Shown piece after piece: positions 1 to 9,487 of a DNA stretch of 46,280 nt. The notes beneath the pieces were generated by a model that worked only from the letters and a program-made list of their open reading frames with translations, ran no database searches and was not told where the DNA came from. Position 1 is the stretch's first letter, and each line of letters begins with the position of its first letter. Origin of the DNA: Acidimicrobiales bacterium (lineage in GTDB: Bacteria; Actinomycetota; Acidimicrobiia; Acidimicrobiales; CADCSY01); contig JBBSLT010000003.1 in assembly GCA_038233555.1 (NCBI GenBank), forward strand, positions 1 to 46,280. Reading direction: 5' to 3'. The position numbers were made by a program, and so were the translations under genes.

Positions 1-200
1 CACACGGCTTCCAGCGCATAAAGGCCTCCTCGTCCGGGTTCGGCTACGACCGTCGGAGTCGACCCAGGATCACCTACATATCATGCGCAGTCCAGCGGGT
101 AGAGCGCCCCATAACGTTCGACGCCGCTGATCACCGGATAGCCGCAAAGTGCCTGCTTGAGAATGTCGACGGGCGTTGCGAACGGTTCGTAGCGTTCGAG

Positions 201-345
201 AGGTCCTGGTCGAGGTAGCTCACAAAGTGCCTGCCGGCCCCCTGCGGGGTCTGGCTTTCGAACGAAGAGCGACTCGGGCTTGGCCGTGGCGTGGCTCGAG
301 AGAGGACTCGCACCCACCCCAAGCAGGAGTGCCCGTCGCGGTTCC
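201..345 (+). ncRNA. Putative IS110 bridge RNA (target-binding and donor-binding loops)
   Basis: Two stem-loops, each GCTC-[11 nt ending CT]...GAG(C/T). 223-234 is identical to 145-156; 320-327 is the reverse complement of 152-159. TAGCGT -10 at 190-195. Ends approximate. Confidence 0.7.
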
Positions 346-370
346 ACCATCCGGCAGACAGGGAGAACGC

Positions 371-1399
371 ATGCAGGTGATCATCGGTGTCGACTCGCAC
401 AAGGCGTCGCATACGGCCGTGGCGATCAGCACGGCCGAGGACGAGCTGGCCCGCAAGAAGGTCCGAGCCACGCGAACGCAGGTCGACCAGTTGTTGGCGT
501 GGGCCGAGCCGTTCCCGACACGGCTGTGGGCGATCGAGGTGGCCGACGGCATGGGCTACTGCTGGCCCAGCAGCTCGTCGCCACCGGTGAGCATGTTTCA
601 CGTGCCGGCGACCCTCGCGGCTCGGACCCGTCTGTTGGGCTCGGGTCGGAGCACGAAAAACGACCCCAACGATGCGCTGTCGGTGGCCGTCACCGCGTTG
701 CGGACCCGGGACCTTCGACAGGTCCGGCCCGTCGGTCACAGCGAGGTGCTCCGTCTCCTGGCCAAGCGCAACACCGACATCGGTAACCAACGCACCCGGC
801 TCGTGTGTCGCATGCACGCTCTGCTCCTCGAGCTCGCCGCCGGCGGAATCGCCAAGGAAATCAATGCTTCTGACGTCCATCGGTTCCTCGCCGCGGTCGT
901 GCCCGCGACGCCGGCCGAGCTCGTCCGCTACGACCTCGCGGTCGAGCTCCTCGCCGACATCCGCCGCCTCGACGATCAGCTCAAGGCCTCCCGTAAGCGG
1001 ATCCGCTCGGCGGTCGCCGCATCGGGCACGACAGTCACCGACCTCTTCGGGGTCGGCCCGATCCTGGCCGCGATGCTCATCGGGTTCACCGGCGACATCC
1101 GCCGGTTCCCCGGCCGGGACCGCTACGCCGCCTACAACGGCACCGCTCCGGTCGAGTTCTCCTCCGGCGGCCGCACCGTGCATCGCCTCTCCCAGCGCGG
1201 GAACCGACAACTCAACCACGCGCTCCACATGGTCGCCGTCTGCCAGCTTCGCCAACCCCACTCCGACGGCCGGGCCTACTTCGACCGGCGCGTCGCCGAG
1301 GGCAAGACGAAGAAGGAAGCCCTGCGCGCTCTCAAGCGCCAAGTCAGCAACGCCGTCTACCGCCAACTCGTCGCCGACGCTGCCTCCGTCCAGGGCTGA
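371..1399 (+). CDS. IS110 family transposase/recombinase
   Basis: RBS GGGAG before ATG 371. MQVIIGVDSHK, WAIE and KNDPND supply the DEDD residues; GVGPILAA HhH; PVEFSSGG catalytic Ser region; GNRQLN. Short out-of-frame patch at ~559-600. Confidence 0.93.
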   Translation: MQVIIGVDSHKASHTAVAISTAEDELARKKVRATRTQVDQLLAWAEPFPTRLWAIEVADGMGYCWPSSSSPPVSMFHVPATLAARTRLLGSGRSTKNDPNDALSVAVTALRTRDLRQVRPVGHSEVLRLLAKRNTDIGNQRTRLVCRMHALLLELAAGGIAKEINASDVHRFLAAVVPATPAELVRYDLAVELLADIRRLDDQLKASRKRIRSAVAASGTTVTDLFGVGPILAAMLIGFTGDIRRFPGRDRYAAYNGTAPVEFSSGGRTVHRLSQRGNRQLNHALHMVAVCQLRQPHSDGRAYFDRRVAEGKTKKEALRALKRQVSNAVYRQLVADAASVQG

Positions 1400-1403
1400 T
1401 AGC

Positions 1404-1497
1404 GGGCCCGGGAGGACAATCGGGAACGACTCGAAGCCAGCGTGACCGGCCTCGCATCCCTGACGACCGGCTCTTCGGCAAGGTCACTCCCGGACCC
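1404..1497. other. Structured non-coding segment 3' of the IS110 transposase
   Basis: GGGCCCGGGAG (1404-1414) pairs with CTCCCGGACCC (1487-1497), one mismatch; internal GTGACC/GGTCAC complement. Confidence 0.5.
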
Positions 1498-1506
1498 GCC
1501 ACAACG

Positions 1507-1700
1507 CTACGACCCACCGCTCACCAGGTCCTCGCGCCCGCCGCCACCGGAGACCCCGAGGATCAGCACGGGGCCCACGCCGGGGGCGTAGAGCTTGTAC
1601 TCCAACACGTCGGGCTCGATGGCGATGGTGTCTTTGGTCAACAGCACCTGGTCGAACTGGCCGAAGGGCACCTCGGCCAGCCCTCGGTGCTGAGCACCTC
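1507..1700 (-). pseudogene. C-terminal fragment of a conserved actinobacterial hypothetical (likely secreted) protein
   Basis: EVPFGQFDQVLLTKDTIAIEPDVLEYKLYAPGVGPVL reads as real protein but has no own start and is frameshifted upstream. Confidence 0.5.
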
Positions 1701-2034
1701 GCCGTCCCCCCGGGCGTCGTAATTGTGGGCCCATACCAGGAAGTGCCAACCGGTCGAGCCAAGGCTCGAACCCCATCCCCACGGCCCAGGGCTCGACCAC
1801 CCACGAGGAGGGCGAGCGCAGGCGCGCCGGGTCGACCGCCAGGCGCACCACCACTGGTAGGCGCCGGAACCAGGCCTGGTGCAGCGCCCGCACGGTCGGC
1901 TCCGGGTGGGAGAAACACCGCCTCGTCGACCGCATAGTTGGGGACACCGGCCCACGCCGCGGGGACCTCTCCGGCGGAGCGGCGATCACCACCCCCCGCC
2001 CCAGCGCGACCGGCCCGGGACAGGGCGTGATCAT
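1701..2034 (-). pseudogene. Frameshifted fragment resembling the N-terminal extension of an Acidimicrobiia UvrD-like helicase
   Basis: PGPVALGRGVVI...LHQAW...PVVVRLAVDPARLR...WLDRL continues as HFLVWAHNYDAR in another frame; no helicase core follows. Family assignment from recall. Confidence 0.45.
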
Positions 2035-2044
2035 CCCCGACCCG

Positions 2045-2128
2045 CTACACCACTCCCAGGACCCTCAGGAGCACCACGATGAGGAGGATGCCAACGATCA
2101 GCCAAATGATGTTGTACGGACTGCCCAT
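2045..2128 (-). CDS. 27-aa single-pass membrane microprotein (MGSPYNIIWLIVGILLIVVLLRVLGVV)
   Basis: ATG 2128, TAG 2045-2047, AAGGGA upstream, GC-rich third codon positions, one hydrophobic helix; below ORF-track cutoff. Confidence 0.65.
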   Translation of the reverse strand: MGSPYNIIWLIVGILLIVVLLRVLGVV

Positions 2129-2382
2129 GGATGTTACGCGTCCCTTCTAGCCGGTGAAACCTTCGCCGCCCGCCGAGAAACTAGCCCAGGCCGCCACTCC
2201 CTCGGCGGACCAGGTCCGCAGGCGCCAACTCGTCGTGGCCACAGCGCCGAGCGACGGCGGCGCTGGTGGCCATGGCCGTGATGTTCCTGGTGGTCACCGT
2301 CTGGGGAAGTGACCGGTCATGGGCGGGCTACGTCCAGGCCACGGCCTGTTCGGCGTCAGCTATGGCGCTTCGGGATGGCTCG

Positions 2383-2430
2383 ATGGGCCAACAGTACGAT
2401 CTCGTGGCATGAGCCAACAGTACGATCACG
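2383..2430 (+). repeat. 22-bp direct repeat, two copies, 26-bp period
   Basis: ATGGGCCAACAGTACGATCTCG (2383-2404) and ATGAGCCAACAGTACGATCACG (2409-2430). Confidence 0.85.
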
Positions 2431-2483
2431 CCGACGGCTAGGAGCCCAGCGACCTCGCCACCGGTGAGGGTCGTGCCGTCGGT

Positions 2484-2837
2484 GTGGTGGGTGTCGGCTG
2501 GTCCGATTTGATCATCGGATTCCTGGTCGCCAACGCCGTCGTCGTCGCAGCGATGTCGCTGCGAGGCCTGGACCCGCCGCCGATGCGACTCACCGGTGTA
2601 GGCGGGCACCTGGCGAACTTCGCCATCGGGATCCCGTTCGTCCTGCTGCTCCCACAGGCCGGGCTGCTGTTCTTCGGCTCCGCCATGCTGTTGGCTGCAG
2701 CAAGAGGCTTTGCCGCCTGCGAGATGCTGGCCGTCTGGAACTTGCTCCGGAGCCGCGACGACCGGATCGGCTGCCCGATCTTCTCCCCCGTCGACCACCT
2801 CGAAGAGCAGATCACCGGCTGCCGCCGGGACTGCTGA
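2484..2837 (+). CDS. Membrane protein (DUF6410-like), N-terminus probably damaged
   Basis: Hydrophobic helices and RGFAACEMLAVWNLLRSRDDRIGCPIFSPVD motif; in-frame start uncertain. Confidence 0.5.
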   Translation: MVGVGWSDLIIGFLVANAVVVAAMSLRGLDPPPMRLTGVGGHLANFAIGIPFVLLLPQAGLLFFGSAMLLAAARGFAACEMLAVWNLLRSRDDRIGCPIFSPVDHLEEQITGCRRDC

Positions 2838-2866
2838 TGCAGCTTCGGGATCGCGTCGTGGGTGCC

Positions 2867-3003
2867 CTGAACGAGGACGAGATCCTGAAGCTCGCCCTCC
2901 CGTCCATGGTCAACGGTGTCTCGCAATGCGTGACCGGCTGATCCACCACCACTTCGACATCGACCTCGACATCCTGTGGGCCACCGTTACGCAGGAACTC
3001 CCG
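2867..3003 (+). pseudogene. HepT-like (DUF86) ribonuclease remnant with internal deletion
   Basis: LNEDEILKLAL followed out of frame by MRDRLIHHHFDIDLDILWATVTQELP (R-x4-H motif). Confidence 0.7.
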
Positions 3004-3027
3004 GCCCGGCGGTGGGCTTCCCTGCGG

Positions 3028-3273
3028 TCAGCTCCCGTTGAGCACGACGGCGGCCGTGAGGAGCGCGAATACGGCGACGACCAAGACGATGGCTGCGTTG
3101 CCCAGTACCGGCATGACGCGGGCAGCCACCGCATCGCGCCCTTGTTGGACCTCGGTGAAGACGGCGCCGGATGTCGTCCGACGCATCGGCTGCTCGGTCA
3201 GCCACGTGCCGAAATGAACGCTCATGCTCAAGGCACCGATAACGACAGCGCTGATACCGATGAGATCGGTCAT
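3028..3273 (-). pseudogene. Truncated membrane protein (DUF1772/anthrone oxygenase-like)
   Basis: RBS AAGGAG before ATG; two hydrophobic segments; short for the family. Confidence 0.4.
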
Positions 3274-3289
3274 TGTACTCTCCTTGATG

Positions 3290-3533
3290 CCCGCCGACCG
3301 GATCGGTCGGGGGTTGGGTGACGGACAGAAGCGGTCGCCGGTTCTGAGTGGGTGACAAGCGTCCGACGGAGCGTGTGCAGCAGCCGCTTGCCTAGGTCAT
3401 CGGGGCTCCAGCCCCGCACGACAAGGAGCTCATGGGTAGTGGTGGCGCTGATGAGCCGTTCCACCAGATCGGTGGCGCTGTCGGTTGACCAGGTCTGGTC
3501 CATGACGCCTTCAGCCGAGAGGCGGGTCAGCAC
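3290..3533 (-). pseudogene. C-terminal fragment of a TetR-like regulator
   Basis: RLSAEGVMDQTWSTDSATDL...HELLVVRGWSPDD pattern; no HTH upstream. Confidence 0.45.
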
Positions 3534-3759
3534 CGATCATCCGTCGGGCACGGCGGGACAAGACGCGTCGCCGATGACCGCATGTCCTGGGAACGTCCCT
3601 GCGTGCGGCCAAGCTCAAACCCGCAAGGTTACGAAGAGGGTTTCGCCGACTTGGCCCGACCATCGGCACCCGTCGTCCGCCACGAGCCCGCTAGCCAGCG
3701 TTCAAGAAGGTGGCCTGACCAGGTCGCAGAGGTTTAATCGCAAGCTAAGGTTCCGGGCC

Positions 3760-4080
3760 ATGCCGATGCCGCCTGAACTGTCCCCCGAGCAGCGCCAGGC
3801 CGCTCTTGCCAAGGCCGGCGCTGCTCGCCGGCTGCGAGCTGAGCTCAAGGAGAAGCTGAAGATGGGATCCACCTCGCTTCCCGAGCTGTTCGACATGGCC
3901 GGAACCGACGAGACGGTCGGCAAGATGAAGGTTCTTACCGTCCTGGAGTCGCTTCCGGGCTTGGGAAAGGTCAAGGCCCGGCGCCTCATGGAAGAGCTCG
4001 GCATCAGCGAAAGCCGCCGCATCCGCGGCCTCGGAGTGCAGCAGCGCGACACGCTGCTCAAGCGCTTCCCCGCCTCCTAA
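3760..4080 (+). CDS. mihF: Integration host factor, actinobacterial type
   Basis: LSPEQRQAALAKA...VGKMKVLTVLESLPGLGKVKARRLMEELGISESRRIRGLG; upstream of gmk. Confidence 0.95.
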   Translation: MPMPPELSPEQRQAALAKAGAARRLRAELKEKLKMGSTSLPELFDMAGTDETVGKMKVLTVLESLPGLGKVKARRLMEELGISESRRIRGLGVQQRDTLLKRFPAS

Positions 4081-4094
4081 TGTCGCACTAACGG

Positions 4095-4637
4095 TTGCTC
4101 ATCGTCATCTCCGGCCCTGGCGGGGTGGGGAAAGGCACCCTGGTGCGTCGCCTGATGGCCGCCGATCCCCAGCTCTGGCTCAGCCGGTCGTGGACCACCC
4201 GGGAGCGTCGGCCCCGGGAGAGCGAGGACGCCTACGTGTTCGTCGATCGGGCCCGCTTCGAGGAGGCCGTGGCCGCCGGCGGCTTCCTGGAGTGGGCGGC
4301 ATTCCTCGGCCACCTCTACGGCACCCCGGTGCCCGAACCGCCCGCTGGCGTCGACACCCTGCTCGAGATCGAGGTCCAGGGCGCTCGCCAGATCCGCCAG
4401 CGCGTTCCCGAGGCCCTTCTTGTCTTCGTCGTCCCGCCCTCGGCCACCGAGCAGGAGCGACGTCTGCGGGAGCGGGGCGACGCCGAGCACAAGGTGCACC
4501 AGCGCCTGGCCAAGGCGGCCGAGGAGGAGCAGGCAGCAGCGGCGCTGGGGGCGGTGGAAGTGGTCAACGACGACCTCGACCGGGCCGTGGATGAGATCGC
4601 CGACCTGATCGAGTCCGCCCGCCGGCAGGCGACGTAG
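4095..4637 (+). CDS. gmk: Guanylate kinase
   Basis: [11 protein letters not shown]-loop, WTTRERR, FLEWA, YGTP. Confidence 0.96.
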   Translation: MLIVISGPGGVGKGTLVRRLMAADPQLWLSRSWTTRERRPRESEDAYVFVDRARFEEAVAAGGFLEWAAFLGHLYGTPVPEPPAGVDTLLEIEVQGARQIRQRVPEALLVFVVPPSATEQERRLRERGDAEHKVHQRLAKAAEEEQAAAALGAVEVVNDDLDRAVDEIADLIESARRQAT

Positions 4638-4740
4638 CTCGGTCATCGAAACCGGCCCATGGGGAGCTGCTCTCCGACCGCTCGGGCTGCCCGACCCTGA
4701 GCTTCCCGGCGTCTTGAGCACCGCCTGGTAGCCTCGGCCC

Positions 4741-5187
4741 ATGGTCTGGCGCAACGACACGATGATGAACCCCCCCATCGAGGAGCTCTTGGGCCGGGTG
4801 GACTCCAAGTTCACGCTGGTCACGCTGGCCTCCCGGCGGGCCCGCCAGGTGAACGCCTACTTCAACCAGCTCGGCGAGGGGCTGGGCGCCATCGTGCCCC
4901 CCCAGGTCGTCTCCAGCGCCCGCAAGCCCCTGTCGATCGCCTTCGAGGAGATCGCCGCCGACAAGATCACCTACGAGCGGATCGAGGAGGGCACCGGCGA
5001 CGAGGACAACGTGGCCGAGGCCATCGAGACCGAGCGTGAGCTCGGCCCCGTCGGCACCCTGACCGATGCCCTCGAGGAGGATGACCCGACCGCGGTGGAC
5101 GACACCGCCGCTCCCGATGACACCACCGCTCCCGATGACACCACCGCTCCCGATGACACCGTCGGCGGCGAAGCTCCCGACGCCTGA
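4741..5187 (+). CDS. rpoZ: RNA polymerase omega subunit with acidic C-terminal extension
   Basis: PPIEELL..VDSKFTLVTLASRRARQVN..KPLSIAFEEI; lies between gmk and coaBC. Confidence 0.95.
   Translation: MVWRNDTMMNPPIEELLGRVDSKFTLVTLASRRARQVNAYFNQLGEGLGAIVPPQVVSSARKPLSIAFEEIAADKITYERIEEGTGDEDNVAEAIETERELGPVGTLTDALEEDDPTAVDDTAAPDDTTAPDDTTAPDDTVGGEAPDA
5098..5160 (+). repeat. 18-bp tandem repeat (~3.5 copies) encoding DDTTAP
   Basis: GATGACACCACCGCTCCC units in the 3' end of rpoZ. Confidence 0.9.
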
Positions 5188-5197
5188 CGCCCGCCCG

Positions 5198-6441
5198 GTG
5201 GGCCCCCTCCATGGTCGCAGGATCGTCCTTGGGGTCAGTGGCGGCATAGCCGCCTACAAGGCGGTCGAGATCTGCCGGCGCCTGGTCGCCGCCGGTGCCT
5301 TTGTCAGCCCCGTCCTCACCACCAGCGCCCAGCGCTTCGTCACCGCCACCACCTTCTCGGCCGTGGCCAGCGAGGCGGCCCGGACCTCGCTGTGGGATGG
5401 CGCCGAGGCCAGTCCCCACACCGTCCTCGGCCAGGGCGCCGACCTGGTGGTGGTAGCGCCGGCCACCGCCCGGGTGCTGGCCGCCTACGCCGTCGGCCTG
5501 GCCGACGACCTCTTGGTGACCACCCTGCTCGCCACCCGGGCCCCCGTGGTGCTCTGTCCGGCCATGCACACCGAGATGTGGGACCAGCCGGCGGTGCAGG
5601 CCAACCTCCTCACCCTGCGCCAGCGCGGTGCCCAGGTGGTCGGGCCGGGCGACGGGCCTCTGGCGGGAGGCGACACCGGCCCGGGGCGCATGGCCGAGCC
5701 GGAGGAGATCGTGGCGGCCTGCATCGCCGCCCTGAACGGATCTTTCGCCGACGAATGCCCCGCCGACGAACGCCCCACCGACCTGGCCGACCTGGCCGGG
5801 CTGGCCATCCTGGTCACCGCCGGGGGCACCCGCGAGCCCATCGACCCGGTGCGCTTCCTCGCCAACCGCTCCTCGGGCCGACAGGGCCACACCGTGGCCG
5901 CCGAGGCTGCCGCCCGCGGCGCTCGTGTCACCCTGGTCACCGCTTCCAACCGCCACCTTCCCGACGGCGTGGAGGTCGTCCCCGTCGACACCGCCGAGGA
6001 GATGCACGACGCCGTGCTTGGGCGCTGCAATGAGGCCGACGTGGTGGTGATGGCCGCAGCCGTGGCCGACTTCCGGCCCAAGCGGGCCGCCCCGGCCAAG
6101 CTGGCGCGCACCGAGGGTGTGCCCGACCTGGTGCTCGAGCCCACTCCCGACATCCTGGCGGCGGTGGTGGCCCGGCGCCGGCCCCACCAGACGGTGGTGG
6201 GCTTCGCCGCCGAGTGGGGCGACGTGGCGGCCGGGGCAGCCGAGAAGCTGGCACGCAAGCAGGTCGACCTGGTCGTGGCCAACGATGTCTCCGCCGCCGG
6301 CGTCGGATTCGAGCACGAGACCAACGCCGTGACCATCCTCGCCGCCGGGATGGAGTTGAATGTAGGACCGGCGGACAAGCGGTCGATCGCTCGCGCCGTG
6401 CTCGACGCCGTCGTCACCTATAGAAGACAGGAGCAATCCCC

Positions 6442-6445
<4 letters not shown>
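5198..6445 (+). CDS. coaBC: Phosphopantothenoylcysteine decarboxylase/ligase
   Basis: [39 protein letters not shown]; start GTG 5198 inferred. Confidence 0.96.
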
Positions 6446-7635
<1,190 letters not shown>

Positions 7636-7639
7636 GCCG

Positions 7640-9466
7640 CTGAGCGAGCGAGTCGTTCGGGTCCTGCCCGACGTCCCCGCCATCGACCGGGCCTTCGACT
7701 ACCTGGTCCCCGACGCCCTGATCGGTCGGGTGCAGGTCGGAACCATCGTGCGCATCTCGCTGCACGGACGGCGGGTTCGCGGCTGGGTGGTGGCCACCGA
7801 CGTCGTGCCCGTGGCCGGCGTGGCGCTGCGCCCGTTGGCCAAGGTCACCGGCTACGGACCGGCCGAAGACGTGATCGATCTGGCCCGCTGGGCGCGCTGG
7901 CGCTGGGCGGGACGCAGCGTCCATTTTCTCCGCACGGCGTCCCCGCTCACCGCCGTGGCCGGGCTCCCTCCATCCATCACGGGCACTTCGAAACCCCAGG
8001 ACCGTTCAACTGCCCAGGATGGAGGGGGGGGCAGAGGCCAAGCGCCTGAGGCCACCACGGGGGAGCCTGAGGTCGCCGCTGTCTTGGCTCGCGACGGTCT
8101 GGCTCGCCACCGCGCTGTTCTCCGGGTGCCGCCGGCAGCGGACGTGCTTCCCGCCATCCGGTTGGCTGCACAGCGGGGCCCGACCCTGGTGGTGGCCGCC
8201 TCCCAGGCCGCAGCCGGCGAGGTGGCGACGCACCTGCGCCGGGAGGGCGTAGACGTTGCCCTGGTGGCGAGGGGGTGGGCCCACGCCGCAGCTGGGGCCC
8301 GGGTGGTGGTAGGAGCCCGGGCCGCAGCCTGGGCGCCCGTGGTCGACCTGGCCGCGGTGGTCGTGCTCGACGAGCACGATGAGTCGCACCAGAGCGAGTC
8401 GTCGCCGACGTGGAGTGCTCGCGAGGTGGCGGCCGAACGGGCCCGTCGGGCCGGCGCCGCCTGTTTGTGGATCTCGCCCTGCCCCTCCCTCGAAGCCTTG
8501 GCCTGGGCCCCGGTGCTGTTCCCCTCGCGCGCCGAGGAGCGCCGCCACTGGCCAGTGGTCGACGTGGTCGACCGGCGCCAGGAGGAGCCCCTGCGGGCGG
8601 GGCTGTACTCGCCCCGGCTGGTCCAGCGGCTGCGTCGGGCTGCCGCCGATCACGAGCGGGGAGGCGGTGCCCGGGCCGTCTGTGTGCTCAACCGCAAGGG
8701 CCGCTCGGCCCTGCTGGCCTGCGCCGGCTGTGCTGAGCTGGCCCGCTGCGAGCGCTGTCAGGCGGCCGTGGGCGCCGGCGAGGGGGCCAGCGTGGTCTGC
8801 CGGCACTGCGCCGTCACCCGGCCGTCGCTGTGTCTCGCCTGTGGGAGCTCGCGCCTCAAGCTCCTGCGTCCCGGGGTGCGCCGGGTCCGCGAAGAGCTCG
8901 AACGCCTGGTCGGCGTGCCCGTGGCCGAGGTCTCCGCCGACGCCGCCGCCGCTGCGCTATCGGACGTGCCCATCCTCGTGGGCACCGAAGCGGTGCTGCA
9001 CCTATCCATCCGGCCCGATGTGGTGGCCTTCTTGGACCTCGACGCCGAGCTGTTGGCCCCCCGCTACCGGGCCGCTGAGCAGGCGCTGGCGCTGGTGGCC
9101 CGGGCCGCCCGCTTGCTCGGCGGCCGGGCCGGCGGGGGCCGGCTGGTGCTCCAGACCCGCCTCCCGGGCCACGAGGTGGTCCAAGCTGCGCTCCATGCCG
9201 ACCCGGGACGGGTGGCGGTGGCGGAGGGAAAGCGGCGCCGGGCGCTGGCCTTCCCCCCGACCACGGCCGTGGCCCTGGTCTCGGGCCCACCGGCGCCTGA
9301 GTACGTGGCCGGACTAGGTGAGCGGACCGACGTAGAGGTGCTCGGCCCGGCCGACGGTCGTTGGCTGGTCCGGGCGCCCGACCACCGGACCCTTTGCGAC
9401 GCCCTGGCCGCCGTTCCCCGTCCCCCCGGGCGTCTACGCATCGCCGTGGACCCGCTACGGATGTAG
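7640..9466 (+). CDS. priA: Primosomal protein N' (actinobacterial type, no Walker A)
   Basis: FDYLVP 3'-binding domain, four CxxC pairs, VGTE, QTR; follows metK; start uncertain (CTG 7640 or GTG 7730). Confidence 0.9.
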   Translation: MSERVVRVLPDVPAIDRAFDYLVPDALIGRVQVGTIVRISLHGRRVRGWVVATDVVPVAGVALRPLAKVTGYGPAEDVIDLARWARWRWAGRSVHFLRTASPLTAVAGLPPSITGTSKPQDRSTAQDGGGGRGQAPEATTGEPEVAAVLARDGLARHRAVLRVPPAADVLPAIRLAAQRGPTLVVAASQAAAGEVATHLRREGVDVALVARGWAHAAAGARVVVGARAAAWAPVVDLAAVVVLDEHDESHQSESSPTWSAREVAAERARRAGAACLWISPCPSLEALAWAPVLFPSRAEERRHWPVVDVVDRRQEEPLRAGLYSPRLVQRLRRAAADHERGGGARAVCVLNRKGRSALLACAGCAELARCERCQAAVGAGEGASVVCRHCAVTRPSLCLACGSSRLKLLRPGVRRVREELERLVGVPVAEVSADAAAAALSDVPILVGTEAVLHLSIRPDVVAFLDLDAELLAPRYRAAEQALALVARAARLLGGRAGGGRLVLQTRLPGHEVVQAALHADPGRVAVAEGKRRRALAFPPTTAVALVSGPPAPEYVAGLGERTDVEVLGPADGRWLVRAPDHRTLCDALAAVPRPPGRLRIAVDPLRM

Positions 9467-9487
9467 CACCCTCCGGAGGTGGCGGGG

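Larger units (their letters stand above)
153..1515 (+). mobile_element. IS110-family insertion sequence; right end apparently truncated
   Basis: DEDD transposase with long non-coding ends. Left junction inferred at core CT 153-154 from internal guide matches. 12/13-bp inverted repeat at 184-196 and 1503-1515. Predicted right junction not found. Confidence 0.8.

Noticed and set aside
1-19. Minus-strand gene start (GAGGAGG then ATG at 19)
   Set aside because: Only six codons lie in the window, so no product can be supported.
176-370. 65-aa N-terminal extension of the transposase
   Set aside because: RBS and the family N-terminus point to ATG 371; the region is better explained as structured RNA.
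131-1366. 411-aa antisense ORF over the transposase, and similar long shadow ORFs (6418-7683, 15083-16537, 38232-39983, 42263-43249)
   Set aside because: Expected stop-poor antisense frames in high-GC coding DNA; no recognisable motifs.
43-1514. GCTACGACC at 43-51 and 1506-1514 as an IS target-site duplication
   Set aside because: IS110 elements do not normally make long TSDs, guide matches place the junction at 153-154, and the right copy is part of the inverted repeat.
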